The translations under genes were made by a program, and so were the position numbers. Shown piece after piece: positions 14,760 through 28,392 of a stretch of 64,000 bases of DNA. The notes beneath the pieces are model-generated. The model did not search any database. It saw only the letters and a program-made list of their open reading frames with translations, and was not told the origin of the DNA. Each line of letters starts with the position of its first letter. The stretch's first letter is position 1. Source of the stretch: Eledone cirrhosa (taxonomy: Eukaryota); NCBI GenBank assembly GCA_964016885.1, contig OZ024742.1:225184001-225248000 (forward strand). Direction: 5' to 3'.

Positions 14760-15895
14760 AATATTTGAACTTAAGATTTTTACTTATCGCGCTCACAAGT
14801 GTTTGAAAGTATAAGCGAGATACGCCCCTTCACGTCCAGCCAGAAATCACGTGACAACGACTCGCATTCTAGTCTAAAGGTCGAAAACAACGCCATCGCC
14901 TCCACCATCACCATTACAGCAACTGCAACAACAGTAGCAGCAGCAGCGACAACAAAAAGAACAACAGCAAGAAAAACGGGAGCAACAACAACAACAACAG
15001 CAATAACAGAAGAAGAAGAAGAAGAAGAAGAAGAAGAAGAAGAAGAAGAAGAAGAAGAAGAAGAAGAAGAAGAAGAAGAAGAAGAAGAAGAAGAAGAAGA
15101 AGAAGAAGAAGAAGAAGAAGAAGAAGAAGAAGAAGAAGAAGAAGAAGAAGAAGAAGAAGAAGAAGAAGAAGAAGAAGCAATGGCAACGGCAACAACTGCA
15201 TCAACAAGGAGAAAGATTTACAGCAACAAAAACAAGAACAAAACCACATTTACAGCAATGGTTGCGAAATCCACTGAGCTATTCGTTCTGGACATTCCAA
15301 AAAAAAAAAGATGACCTTTTAACAGAAGCCGCACAATTAATCAAGCAGCAAAATACTAAAGTAGAAATAGCCATCCCGCCCTAGGTGTTGGCGGAAATAG
15401 AAAAAAAAAACTATTTACAGAACTGTAGCAATAAAATCGAGATGGCCTGGAGTAGCACCTCAAAGTGAGTGCGAAAGAGCTCTAAAAGGTGGTATCCCAC
15501 CAGGATTAGACATCTGGTTGATCCTGATTTGCGTGCTACGAGAGGGTAGCGATATACTATTAGAAGTCAGGTACACCCGAAGGGAACACTAGTAAGGAAA
15601 ATGTCTGGAAATTCTGTTACTCATTAAACCAGAAAAGATGGAAAACATCCCTGATTTCACTCACTTATCGGAAGACGTGGGGCTAAACATGGTAATTGGG
15701 AGGAAAACTCCAGGGTCATCTAGATCGTATATAGATAGGTTTTTCATTAGATTAGCAGATAGGGCTAGCATAGTGTCCACATTTCCAAACGGTCACCTAT
15801 TCAGATCACAAATTCATGATCTGCATGGTCGACCTAGATAAAACACGTAGGCAGGGATCTGGTTACTGGAAGCTTAACGCGTCGTTCCCAGAACG
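14760..15895 (+). pseudogene. Decayed L1/Tx1-like ORF1 and endonuclease remnants containing a (GAA)n expansion at ~15008-15175
   Basis: TTFTAMVAK and IPDFTHLSEDVGLNMVIGRK resemble ORF1; GSSRSYIDRFFIR matches the ORF2 APE endonuclease motif; a large deletion joins them. Confidence 0.7.
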
Positions 15896-15905
15896 TAACG
15901 TCTAC

Positions 15906-15976
15906 TGACGTACATGGGACACGAACCCACATCTTTCGTTTGGCGGACCAATGTGTTACCATTACACCAACACGCC
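15906..15976 (-). pseudogene. tRNA-Gly(GCC)-like pseudogene / tRNA-derived repeat
   Basis: 71-nt cloverleaf GGCGTGT TG GTGT AATGGTA ACAC A TTGGT CCGCCAA ACGAA AGAT GTGGG TTCGTGT CCCAT GTACGTC A, with an anticodon-stem mismatch and non-canonical loops. Confidence 0.65.
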
Positions 15977-16194
15977 ACTCAGGCTTCCTTCGATGTACGT
16001 CAATACTCATCCTTTTTTTCCAACTAACAGACTAATTCTATGTAGTCAAATACGGCGTAAGCACATGTTACTACCTAATTTTCAAATTCGCTAGCTGTTT
16101 ATAAACAAAGCCTGCTTTATGTCTCCTTATTTATATACATATATGCACCTGCTATGGTTATATAGCTTCTAATTGAATGGAAGGCATCATGGTT

Positions 16195-16265
16195 GGCGTA
16201 TTGGTGTAATGTTAACACATTAATCCGGCAAACTAAAGCTGTGTGTTCGTGTCCCATTTACATCA
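16195..16265 (+). pseudogene. Second, more decayed tRNA-Gly-like copy followed by an oligo-T run
   Basis: GGCGTATTGGTGTAATGTTAACAC...GTTCGTGTCCCATTTACATCA, then a T run near 16276. Confidence 0.6.
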
Positions 16266-16477
16266 ATACTCGTCCTTTTTTTTTCATTCAGAGGGTTTTT
16301 TTATATCCCAACCAACAGACTAATTCTTTGTAGTCAAATACGGCGTAAGCACATGTTACTACCTAATTTTCAAATTCGCTCGCCTGCTTTGTGTCTCCCT
16401 ATTTATATACATATATGTATGTATATATACGTATACATATGTATGTATATGTATTTGTATGTATTTAGTTGTATATC

Positions 16478-16531
<54 letters not shown>

Positions 16532-16939
16532 ATGTATATATATATGAAATCACATGAAAGTTTTCAATAGACATGTGGTAAGCCTTAACCGAATCTCCTT
16601 ACAACACTTATGGGTATCTCACCCATAAGTGTTGGGTATTTTTGTGCTTTCTTCTTTCTCCTCTCCTCCCCTTTACCTACCTCACGTTATTCAACCTCCC
16701 TCTTTTTCTATTTTCATTCTCCATCTCTGTCTCTCTTTCTTTCATCTAATCTACCTCATACTGTGTCACTTTCTTCCGTTGTTCTCTCTAGAGTCAACAT
16801 TATCATAACCCACCAACACTAAAAACAACAACAACAACAACATCTTTATCAAACGTCTCCCTTTTGGATTATTAGAAATCTAAGTAGCCAGTCAGTCTTA
16901 AAGAAGGTATATATATTTATATGTGAGTATGTGTGCGTA

Positions 16940-17090
16940 AGTCCGGTGGGTTAACCACAGTAAGCAAGGTACGCAATACGTTAGTAGAGTGTAACCATCA
17001 TGTTTAATATAGAAATGGCTTCTACAGGACTAGAACTGTTTCATTCAAAAGAAACCATGAGGAAAGAGTTCTGGTCGTGTAGAAGAGATT
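16940..17090 (-). mobile_element. Decayed copy of the HHR-bearing element at 42294-42497
   Basis: Shares TTCTACAGGACTAGAACTGTTTCATTC and AACCACAGTAAG-AAGGTAC; core mutated to CTCATGG. Confidence 0.7.
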
Positions 17091-17110
17091 TCTCTATTAA
17101 ACATGATATG

Positions 17111-17175
<65 letters not shown>

Positions 17176-20100
17176 ATAGAAATGCTGTCAAAATGTCAAC
17201 ATAATGAGATTTTTTATAGAAACGCCGTCAAAATGTGAACATAATGATATTTTTGATAGAAATACCGACAAAATGTCAACAATGAATTTTTGATAGAAAT
17301 GCCGTCAAAATGTCAACATAATGAGATTGTTGATAGAAATGCCGTCAAGAGGTCAACATAATGAGATTTTTTATAGAAATGTCGTCAAAATGTCAACATA
17401 ATGAGATACTTCATAATAATGCCGTCAGAATGTCAACATAATGAGATTTTTGATAGAAATGCCGTCAAAATGTCAACATAATGAGATTTTGATAGAAGTG
17501 CCATCAAAAGGTCAAAATAATGACATTTTTAATAGAAATGCCGTCAAAATATCAACATAATTACATTTTTGATAGAAAAGCCCTCAAAATCTCAAAATAA
17601 GCAGATTTTTTATGGAAACGCCGTCAAAATGTCAAAATAATGAGATTTTCGATAGAAATGCCGTTAAAATGTCATCATAATGTTATTTTTGATAGAAATG
17701 CCGTCAAGAGGTCAACATAATGAGATTTTTAGGAGAAATGCAGTCAAAATGTGAATATAATGATATTTTTGATAGAAATGTCGTCAAAATGTCAACATAA
17801 TGAGATTTTTTATAGAAATGCCGTCAAAATGTCAATATAATGAGATTTTTTAAAGAAATGCCGTTAAAATGTCAACATAATGAGATTTTTTATACAAATG
17901 CCGTCAAAATGTCAACATAATGATATTTTATATAGTAATGCCGTCAAAATGTCAACATCATGAAATTGTTGGTAGAAATGCCGTCAAAATATCAACATAA
18001 TGAGATTTTTGATAGAGATGCCATGAAAATGCAACATAATGAGAGTTTTTATAGAAATGCCGTCAAAATATCAAATTATGAGATTTTTGATAGAAATGCC
18101 ATGAAAATGCAACATAATGACATTTTTTATAGAAATGTCGTCACAAGGTCAACATAATAAGATTATTTGTAGAAATGACGTCACATTATCAACATAATGA
18201 GATTTTTTACAGAAATGACGTCAAAATGTCAACATAGTGACATTCAGGATAGAAATGACGTCAAAATATCAACATAATGAGATTTTTGATAGAGATGCCA
18301 TGAAAATGCAGCATGAGATTTTTTATAGAAATGCCGTCAAAATGTCAACATAATGAGATTTTTTATAGTAATGCCGTTAAAATGTCAACATCATGAGATT
18401 TTTTATAGAAATGCCGTCAAAATGTCAACATAATTATATTTTTTATAGTAATGCCGTCAAAATGTCAACATCATGAAATTTTTGGTAGAAATGCCGTCAA
18501 AATATCAAAATATGAGATTTTTGATAGAGATGCCATGAAAATGCAACATAATGAGATTTTTTATAGAAATACCGTCATAATGCCAACATAATGATATTGT
18601 TTATAGAAATGCCGTCACAAGGTCAACATAATAAGATTATTTGTAGCAATGACGTCACATTATCAACATAATGAGATTTTTTACAGAAATGTCGTCAAAA
18701 TATCAACATAGTGAGATTCATGATACAAATGCCGTCAAAATATCAACATAATGAGATTTTTGATAGAGATGCCATGAAAATGCAACATAATGAGATTTTT
18801 AATAGAAATGCGTTAACATGTCAAAATAATGAGATTTTAATTAGAAATGCGCTCAATAGGTCAATATAATGACATTTTTAATAGAAACGCCGTCAAAATG
18901 TCAACATAATGAGATTTTTTTATAGAAATGCCGTTAGAATGTAAACATAATGAGATTTTTGATAGAAATCTCGGCAAAATATCAACAAAATGAGATTTTT
19001 GATAGAAATGGCGTTAAAATGTCAGCATAATGAGATTTTTTATATAAATGCCGTTAAAATGTCAGCATAATGAGATTTTTATAGAAATGCCGTCAAAATG
19101 TCATCATAATGAACTTTTTGGGCGAATGCCGTCAAAATATCAACATAATGAGATTTTTATAGAAATGGCATGAAATTGCAACATAATGATGCATGCAAGA
19201 ACAAAAAAATGTAGGTCACTACAAGATTTTTTATTGAAATGCCGTCAAAATGTTAACATAATGAGATTTTCGATAGAAATTCCGTCAAAATATCAACATA
19301 ATGAGATTTTTTAAAGAAATGCCGTTAAAATATCAACATAATGAGATTTTTAGGAGAAATGCAGTCAAAATGTGAATATAATGATATTTTTGATAGAAAT
19401 GTCGTCAAAATGTCAACATAATGAGATTTTTGATAGAAATGCCGTCAAAATGTTAACATAATGAGATCTTTTAAAGAAATGCCGTTAAAATGTCAACATA
19501 ATGAGATTTTTGATAGAGATGCCATGAAAATGCAACATAATGAGAGTTTTTATAGAAATGCCGTCAAAATATCAAATTATGAGATTTTTGATAGAAATGC
19601 CATGAAAATGCAACATAATGACATTTTTTATAGAAATGTCGTCACAAGGTCAACATAATAAGATTATTTGTAGAAATGACGTCACATTATCAACATAATG
19701 AGATTTTTTACAGAAATGTCGTCAAAATGTCCACATAGTGACATTCAGGATAGAAATGATGTCAAAATATCAACATAATGAGATTTTTGATAGAGATGCC
19801 ATGAAAATGCAACATAATGAGATTGTTAATAGAAATGCGTTAAAATGTCAAAATAATGAGATTTTAATTAGAAATGCCCTTAATAGGTCAATATAATGAC
19901 ATTTTAATAGAAACGCCATCAAAATGTCAACATAATGATATTTTTGATAGAAATGTTGTAAAAATGTCAACATAATGAGATTGTTGATAGAAATGCCATT
20001 AGAATGTAAACATAATGAGATTTTTGATAGAAATCTCGGCAAAATATCAACAAAATGAGATTTATGATAGAAATGGCGTTAAAATGTCAGCATAATGAGA

Positions 20101-23010
20101 TTTTTGATAGAAATGCAGTTAAAATGTCAGCATAATGAGATTTTTATAGAAATGCAAGATAATGAGATTATAGAAATGTAAGGTAATGAGATTTTTTATG
20201 TCAACATAATGAGATTTTTTATAGAAATGCCGTCAAAATGTTAAACATAATGATATTTTTAATAGAAATGCGTTAAAATGTCAAAATAATGAGGTTTTTA
20301 ATAGAAATGCCCTCAAAAGGTCAATATAATGACATTTTTAATAGAAACTCCGTCAAAATGTCAACATAATGATATTTTTGATAGAAATGTCGTCAAAATG
20401 TCAACATAATGATATTTTTGATAGAAATGCCGTTAGAATGTAAACATAATGAGATTTTTGATAGAAATGTCGGCAAAATCTAAATGAGATTTTTTATAGA
20501 AATGCCATCAAAATGTCAGCACAATGAGATTTTTATAGAAATGCCGTCAAAATGTCAACATAATGAACTTTTTGGTCGAATGCCGTCAAAATATCAACAT
20601 AATGAGATGTTTGATAGAAATGGCATGAAATTGCAACATAATGAGATTTTTAGTAGAAATGCAGTCAAAATGTCAATATAATAAGATTTTTGATGAAATG
20701 TCGTCAAAATGTCACCATCATGAAATTTTTGGTAGAAATGCCGTCAAAAGGACAACATAATATGATTTGTAGAAATGCCGTCACAACATCAACATAATGA
20801 GATTTTTTATAGAAATGCCATCAAAATGTCAACAAAATGTCATTTTTGATAGAAACGCCGTCAAATTGTGAACATATTCAGATTTTTTATAGAAATACTG
20901 TCAACATCATTAGATTTTTTATGGAAATACTGTCATAATATCACCATAATTAGATTTTCCATAGAAATGCCGTCAAAATGTCAACATAAGGAGATTTTAT
21001 ATAGAAATGCCGTCAAAATGTCAACATAATGAGATTTTTTCTAGAAATATCTTCAAAATGTCCATATAATGAGATTTTTGATAGAAATGCCATCAAAATG
21101 TCAACATAATGAAATTTTCCATAGAAATGCCGTCAAAATGTCAACATAATGAGATTTTTGATAGAAGTACCGTCAAAATGTCAACATAATGAGATTTTTT
21201 AAAGAATTGCTGTCAAAATGTCAACATAATGAGATTTTTTCCAGAAATGTCTTCAAAATGTCCACATAATGAGATTTTTGATAGAAATGCCATCAAAATG
21301 TCAACATAATGAAATTTTCGATAGAAATGCCGTCAAAATGTCAACATAATGAGATTTTTTATAGAAATATACTCAAAATGTCAACATAATGAGATTTTTT
21401 ATAGAAATATACTCAAAATGTCAACATAATGAGATTTGTGATAGAAATGCCGTCAAAATGTCAACATGAGGAGATTTTTTATAGAAATGCCTGCAAAATG
21501 TCAGTATGATGTGATTTCTCATAGAAATGCCATCAAAATGTCAACATAATGAGACTTTTGAAAGAAATGCCATGTAAATGTCATCATAATGAGATTTTTG
21601 ATAGAAATGCCGTCAAAATGTCAACATAATGAGATTTTTGATAGAAATGCCTTCAAAATATCAACATAATGAGATTTTTGATAGTTATGCCGTCAAAATA
21701 TTAACATAATGAGATTTCTTTATAGAAACGCCGTAGAAATGTGAACATAATGAGACTTTTGATAGAAATCCCGTCAAAATGTTAACATAATGAGATTTTT
21801 GATACAAATACCGTCGAAATGTGAATATAATTAGATTTTTGATAGAAATTGCGTCAAAATGTCAACATAATGAGATTTTTTGATAGAAATACCATCAAAT
21901 TTCAACACAAAGAGATTTTTGATAGAAATCCCGACAGAATGTCAACGTAAGAGATTTTCGATAGAAATGCCGTCAAAATGTCAACATAATAAGATTTTTT
22001 ATAGAAATGCCGTCAAAATGTCAACATAATGAGATTGTTGATAGAAATACCGTCAAAATGTCAACATAATGAGATTTTTGATAGAAATGCCGTTAGAATG
22101 TCAATATAATAATATTTTTGATTGAAATAACCCCAAAATGTCAACACAATGTGATTTTCTTTATAGATATGCCGTCAAAATGTCAACATAATGAGCTTTC
22201 TCATAGAAATGCCATCAAAAGTCTCATTATGTTGACATTTTGATGGCATTTCTCTGAGAAATCTCATTATGTTGACATTTTGACGGCATTTCTATCGAAA
22301 ATCTCTTATGTTGACATTCTGACGGCATTTCTATCAAACATCTCTTTATGTTTAACATAATGAGTCAACATAATGTGACTTTTGATAGAAATGCCCTTAG
22401 AATGTCAACATAATTAGGATTTGTATAGAAATGCCGTCAAAATGTCAACATAATGAGATTTTCGATAGAAATGCCGTAACAATGTCAATATAATGAGATT
22501 TTTGATAGAAACGCCGTGAAAATGTGAACATACTGAGATTTTTTATAGAAATACCCTAAAAATGTCAACATAATGAGAATGTTGATAGAAATTCCGTCAG
22601 AATGTCAACATAATGAGATTCTTGATACAAATGCCGTCAAAATGTCAACATAATTAATTTTTTAATAGAAATACCATCAAAATATCAACCTAATTAGATT
22701 TTTTATAGAAACCCTTTCAAAATATCACCATAGTTAGATTTTCCATAGAAATGCCGTGAAAATGTCGACATAATGAGATTTTTATTGAAATCCCGTCAAA
22801 ATGTCAACATAGTGAGATTTTTTATAGAAATACCATCAAAATGTCAACATAATGAGATTGTTGATAGAAATGCCGTCAAAATATCAACATAATGAAATTT
22901 TTGATAGAAATACCATCAAAATGTCAACATAATGATATTTTTTATAGAAACGCCGTCAAAATGTGAACATATTTAAATTTTTTATAGAAATCCCGTCAAA
23001 ATGTCAACAT

Positions 23011-24705
23011 TTCAATTCATTTCATTTCATTTCATTTGAGTGAGTCCATGCTCAGGCCAAGTCGAAGACTCCACCCTCAGAGTCTGGTGTGGTTGCCAGG
23101 TTGGATTCTCTGGATTTTGACATGTGTAGGAGCGAGTTTGAATCAGTTTGTGCTCGTTGTGTATATCCTGGGAGATGGGGTTCATCTCTAATGGTGCTTA
23201 AGTATCTATCCAGCTGCAATTTGAATGATTCCACACTGCATCCAGATAGATTTCTGACATGTACCGGAATGGAGTTGAATAGTTGTGCCCCTCGAACCAA
23301 CAGACTTGACTCTCGCAGGGTTTTTGCTGCCTGGCCAGCCCTTTTGTTGATTGGTGGTAGCTGGCAGCGTCTTCCGTGGCGCAGTGAGTGGTAGGTTTTG
23401 ATACCAAAGTTTGGCACCTTTTGCTCTATCATTTTCCAAATGTATATAATTCGGTATCGCTCAAATCTTCTTTCTATTGAGTACATCTTCAAGGTTTTGA
23501 GTCTTTGCCAATAGTCCAGGTCCCTCGTTTCTGAGAAGTATGAGGTAAAATTTCTTTGGAGCGATTCCATCTTAGATAGTTGGCCCTTTGTTGTTGGTGA
23601 CCACAACTGAGAACAGTAGTCAATCCTCGGAAGTATCATACTGTTCCAGAGGGTTTTCATTGTTGAGGTATCTCTTGATTTGAAGGTGCGCAAGATCCAC
23701 CTGCTGTACTTTCTTGCAGTAAGACAGACTGAGTCAAGGTGTTCTCTGAATTTTAGGCTGGTTCCCATGTGGATGCCTAAATCTTTCACACACTGTTTTT
23801 CCATTATTTGTTGACCTGATGGGTTTCTGTAGTTTGTTGTATTTTTCAGATCTTGATCTGTTCCGTAGCGAATTAGTTCAAACTTCTTATCATTGAACAA
23901 CATGTTGTTTGTTTCCTGCCATTTGTATATGGTGGTTAGGTCCTTTTGTAAGGCCTCTGTATCCACCTCGTCTTTGATTTGTCTCATGACCCTGGTGTCA
24001 TCAGCAAAGGATGAGACGTTGCTGGTTGTATCTTCATCGATGTCAGAGATGAGGATGAGAAACAGGATCGGGCCGAGTACTGTACCCTGAGGAACACTGC
24101 TGGTCACAGGTGATGGTGTTGAATGGGTTCCATTCACAGTGACTGTTTGAGTTCTATTTGTAAGGAACTCATGTATCCATGTACCAACTTTTCCTCCTAC
24201 TCCTAGCTTTCGAAGTTTGTGTCCCAGGATGCCATGATCTACCTTGTCAAATGCCTTGGCAAAGTCGAGGTAAATAACATCTGTGTTGTATCCATTCTCT
24301 AGATTTTCTAGGATTTGGTCATGGTGTGCCAGTAGTTGGGAAAGACATGATCTACCTAACCTGAATCCATGCTGATTGCAATTCATCAGATTGTTGGATT
24401 CCAGGAACTCAACCAGTTTTCCACGAACTATTCTTTCGAAGACCTTGATAATGTGTGATGTCAGTGAGATTGGTCGGTAGTTCTTTGGTTTTGATTTGCT
24501 GTCCCCTTTATGTATTGGAATTATGTGTGCTTCTTTATATGTATTTGGTATTTTGCCATTCTCCATAGATTCCTTCCATATCATGTAAAGGGGTTTCAAC
24601 AATTGTACCTTGCAGTTTTTAAGTATCATAGCATTGAAACCATCAGGCCCCGCAGCCGAGCGCATGGAGAGCTTGTCTATGGCTCTTTCTATGTCTTCTG
24701 GGTTA
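23011..24705 (-). mobile_element. 5'-truncated CR1-type non-LTR retrotransposon with a (TGAAA)n 3' tail
   Basis: Open RT ORF, very short 3' UTR and tandem TGAAA tail; splits one satellite unit. Confidence 0.85.
23052..24665 (-). CDS. Reverse transcriptase (5'-truncated ORF2) of a CR1-type LINE
   Basis: Motifs GPDG, NYRPISLTS, QHGFR, YLDFAKAFDKVDH, VPQGTVLGP, FADDT, KDLG and DYCSQLWSP; no internal stops in 537 aa. Confidence 0.9.
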   Translation of the reverse strand: MRSAAGPDGFNAMILKNCKVQLLKPLYMIWKESMENGKIPNTYKEAHIIPIHKGDSKSKPKNYRPISLTSHIIKVFERIVRGKLVEFLESNNLMNCNQHGFRLGRSCLSQLLAHHDQILENLENGYNTDVIYLDFAKAFDKVDHGILGHKLRKLGVGGKVGTWIHEFLTNRTQTVTVNGTHSTPSPVTSSVPQGTVLGPILFLILISDIDEDTTSNVSSFADDTRVMRQIKDEVDTEALQKDLTTIYKWQETNNMLFNDKKFELIRYGTDQDLKNTTNYRNPSGQQIMEKQCVKDLGIHMGTSLKFREHLDSVCLTARKYSRWILRTFKSRDTSTMKTLWNSMILPRIDYCSQLWSPTTKGQLSKMESLQRNFTSYFSETRDLDYWQRLKTLKMYSIERRFERYRIIYIWKMIEQKVPNFGIKTYHSLRHGRRCQLPPINKRAGQAAKTLRESSLLVRGAQLFNSIPVHVRNLSGCSVESFKLQLDRYLSTIRDEPHLPGYTQRAQTDSNSLLHMSKSRESNLATTPDSEGGVFDLA

Positions 24706-26921
24706 ATGTGATTTTTGATAGAAATACGATGAAAATGTCATCATAATGAGATTTTTGATATAAATGCCGTAAAAATCTCAACATAATGAGATTTTCGATA
24801 GAAATGCCCTCAAAATGTCAATATAATGAGATTTTCGATAGAAATGCCGTAACAATGTCAATATAATGAGATTTTTTATAGAAACGCCGTGAAAATGTGA
24901 ACATAATGAGATTTTTTTTATAGAAATACCGTCAAAATGTCAACATAATGAGAATTTTGATAAAAATGCCGTCAGAATGTTACCATAATGAGATTCTTGT
25001 TACAAATGCCGTCAAAATGTCAACATAATGAGATTTTTGATAGAAATACCATCAAAATATCAACCTAATTAGATTTTTTTATAGAAACCCTTTCAAAATA
25101 TCACCATAATTAGATTTTCCATAGAAATGTCGTCAAAATGTCAACATAAGGAGATTTTTTATAGAAATACCATCAAAATGTCAACATAATGAGATTTTTT
25201 ATAGAAACGTCGTTAAAATATGAGCATATTTTAATTTTTTATAGAAATCCCATCAAAATGTCAACATAATGAGATTTTTCATAGAAATACCGTCAAAATT
25301 TCAACATAATAAGATTTGTGATAGAAATGCCGTCAAAGTGTCAAATAATGAGATTTTCGATAGAAATGCCGTCAAAATGTCAACATGATAAGATTTTTGA
25401 TAGAAATACCGTCAAAATGTCAACATAAGGAGATTTTTCATAGAAATGCCGTAAAAATGTCAACATAATGAGATTTCTCATAGAAATGCCATCAAAAGTC
25501 TAATTATGTTAACATTTTGATGGCATTTCTATGAGAAATCTCATTATGTTAACATTTTGACGGCATTTCTATAAAAGAAATCACATTGTGTTGACATTTT
25601 GGCGTTATTTCAATCAAAAATATTATTATATTGACATTCTAGCGGCATTTTTATCAAAATTCTCATTATTTTGAGATTTTGACGGCCTTTCTATAAAAAA
25701 ATCTCATCATCTTGATATTTTGACGGTATTTCTATCAAAAATCTTATTATGTTGACATTTTGACGGCATTTCTATTGAAAATCTCTTATGTTGACATTCT
25801 GACGGCATTTCTCTCAAAAATCTCTTTATGTTGAACATAATGAGTCAACATAATGAGACTTTTGATAGAAATGCCGTCAGAATGTCAACATAATCAGATT
25901 TTTTATACAAATGCCGTTAAAATGTCAACATAATTAGGATTTGGATAGAAATGCCGTCAAAATGTCAACATAATATTTTTTTATGTAAATGCCGTCAAAA
26001 TGTCAACATAATGAAATTTTTTATATAAATTCCGTCAAAATGTCAACATAGTGAGATTTTTTATAGAAATACTATCGAAATGTCAACATAATGACATTTT
26101 TGATAGAAATGCCGTCAAAATGTCAACATAATGGGATTTTTGATAGAAAAGACGTCGAAATGTCAACATAATGACATTGTTGATAGAAATGCTGTCAAAA
26201 TGTCAACATAATGAGATTTTTGATAGAAATACCATCAAAATGTCAACATAATGAGATTTTTTATAGAAACGCCGTCAAAATGCGAACATAATTTAATTTT
26301 TGATAGAAATGCCGTCAAAATGTCAACATAATGTGATTTTTGATAGAAATACGATGAAAATGTGAACATAATGACATTTTTGATAGAAAAGCCGTCAAAA
26401 TCTCAACATAATGAGATTTTCGATAGAAATGCCCTCAAAATTTCTACATAATGAGATTTTCGATAAAAATGCCGTCACAATGTCAATATAATGAGATTGT
26501 TTTATAGAAATGCCGTCAGAATGTCAACATAATGAGATTTTTTATAGAAATGCCGTCAGAATATCAATATAATGATATTTTTGATAGAAATGCCGTCAGA
26601 ATATCAACATAATGAGATTTTTTATAGAAATGCCGTCAACATATCAATATAATGAAATTTTCGACAGAAATGTCGTCAAAATTTTGTAATCTAACACATT
26701 TTGTAATATAACAAACTTTTTCATTATCAAGCTGATGTCTCAAACATACCATATTTCTATGAATGTCACAGCCTATTCTTTTCAAATCATTTTGACAATA
26801 ATCGAGAGTTTGCAGAGATTTAGTAATATAACTTTCTCATTAAGTTGGTGTTTGAAATATAACTTAAGAAAGTTTCGCACGTAAAATCATGATGGAAGGG
26901 TTTTAGTCAAATATAAAATCT

Positions 26922-27398
26922 TTAACCCTTTCGTTAATATATTTTCTAATGAAATAGTTGATTTTCAAATGGCTTTGAAAATAATCAAGAATTCGCGGGG
27001 ATTTACTAATATAACTAACTTTCAAATTATTAAGCTGATGTTTAAGGAGATTGGTTAACATAATCGTCAGAGCGTCGGACAAATTTTTATGCTGCATTTA
27101 GTTATGCCTTTTACACCCTGAGTTTAAACCCTACCGAAGTCAACTGTGCCTTTCACGTTTCCGTGGTCGATAAAATTAAATAACACAAATGAACTGTGGT
27201 CTATATAATCGATTTTTCTCTCCCCACAAATTGCTGGCTTTCAGCCTAAATTAGAAATTACTATTAAGCTGGTGTTTGGGACATAATGAACAAATACCTA
27301 TCTAAAACTATAATGGAAGGGTTTTAGATAAATGTAAACACTTTAAAATAAACAGCTTTCTATCGTAGAACCAAAGGCTTTGGTATTAAAAGTATTAA
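26922..27398. mobile_element. Decayed MITE-like element (TTAACCCTTT terminus) with a nested SINE at ~27050-27265
   Basis: Starts TTAACCCTTTCGTTA; the right end ATCGTAGAACCA...GGTATTAAAAGTATTAA resembles the 34050-34090 terminus; SINE motifs inside. Confidence 0.5.
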
Positions 27399-27743
27399 TT
27401 CGTAGGGATCAATGGAGTAAGTGTCACTAAAACAGCAGAGCATAACAGTACAATGGTCGCCATTGTACTGTGGACTATTTATGTAAGGAAGTATTGACAT
27501 AGACACCCTATGTACGATACAGGGCAACTCCTGAAGTCGACAGACATTTCACTCTTCACACGAGATATTATGAGTGTGTGTGGAGAAGGAGCAGGTTAGG
27601 TCAAAGGTGTGTGGGTGACTAAACTTTAAACTAAAATGGGTGACAAGAACCATATTTATAGACAATAAATACCACCAGATCTATTTACCCAGCATTAGTT
27701 TACTGTCTGGAGTAATAGCCTGAAGATTAAATTGTCACGTGCC

Positions 27744-27855
<112 letters not shown>

Positions 27856-28361
27856 CATATATTGACACACATATATATATAAAATATTTATATATGTATA
27901 TATATATATATATATATATTGGGCATGAATCGAAGTTGTAGCCGCCATAAAGTAGGTCGCGATCGAGTTGTTTGAGGGAATCACAAAATATTTAATGGGG
28001 CGAAAGGCTAAACATTGTCGTCCAGAGTAAAACACAATAGTCATAAAGTGTGACGCCAAGAAAAACGACCGAATGCAGTGGCCATGTTTATACCACAACA
28101 ATGATAAATACAAAAAGGCTGAAGACTAGCCTGGACCATCTTGAGTCGATTCAAATCGATATAAATCGATAACACATTTTTTATAGGTTTCTGGGTCCCC
28201 TAGGAGTTACATCACAAGTTGCGTAATGCATATGCACATTTTTCGTGTATCTCCATGATAGAATTTGAGTTCCCGTCTTCTGCAGGTTTTGTTCCCTTGT
28301 ATCCATCTAAAGCTCGGTCTGTTGTCGAAACAGCAAGAGGTCAACCGTCGGGCCCTGACAG

Positions 28362-28391
<30 letters not shown>

Positions 28392-28392
<1 letters not shown>

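Larger units (their letters stand above)
17174..26680. repeat. ~40-bp satellite (GATAGAAATGCCGTCAAAATGTCAACATAATGAGATTTTT), roughly 190-200 diverged units, with internal inversions and a LINE insertion
   Basis: Visible 40-bp periodicity; inverted blocks at ~22221-22355 and ~25497-25835. Confidence 0.95.
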
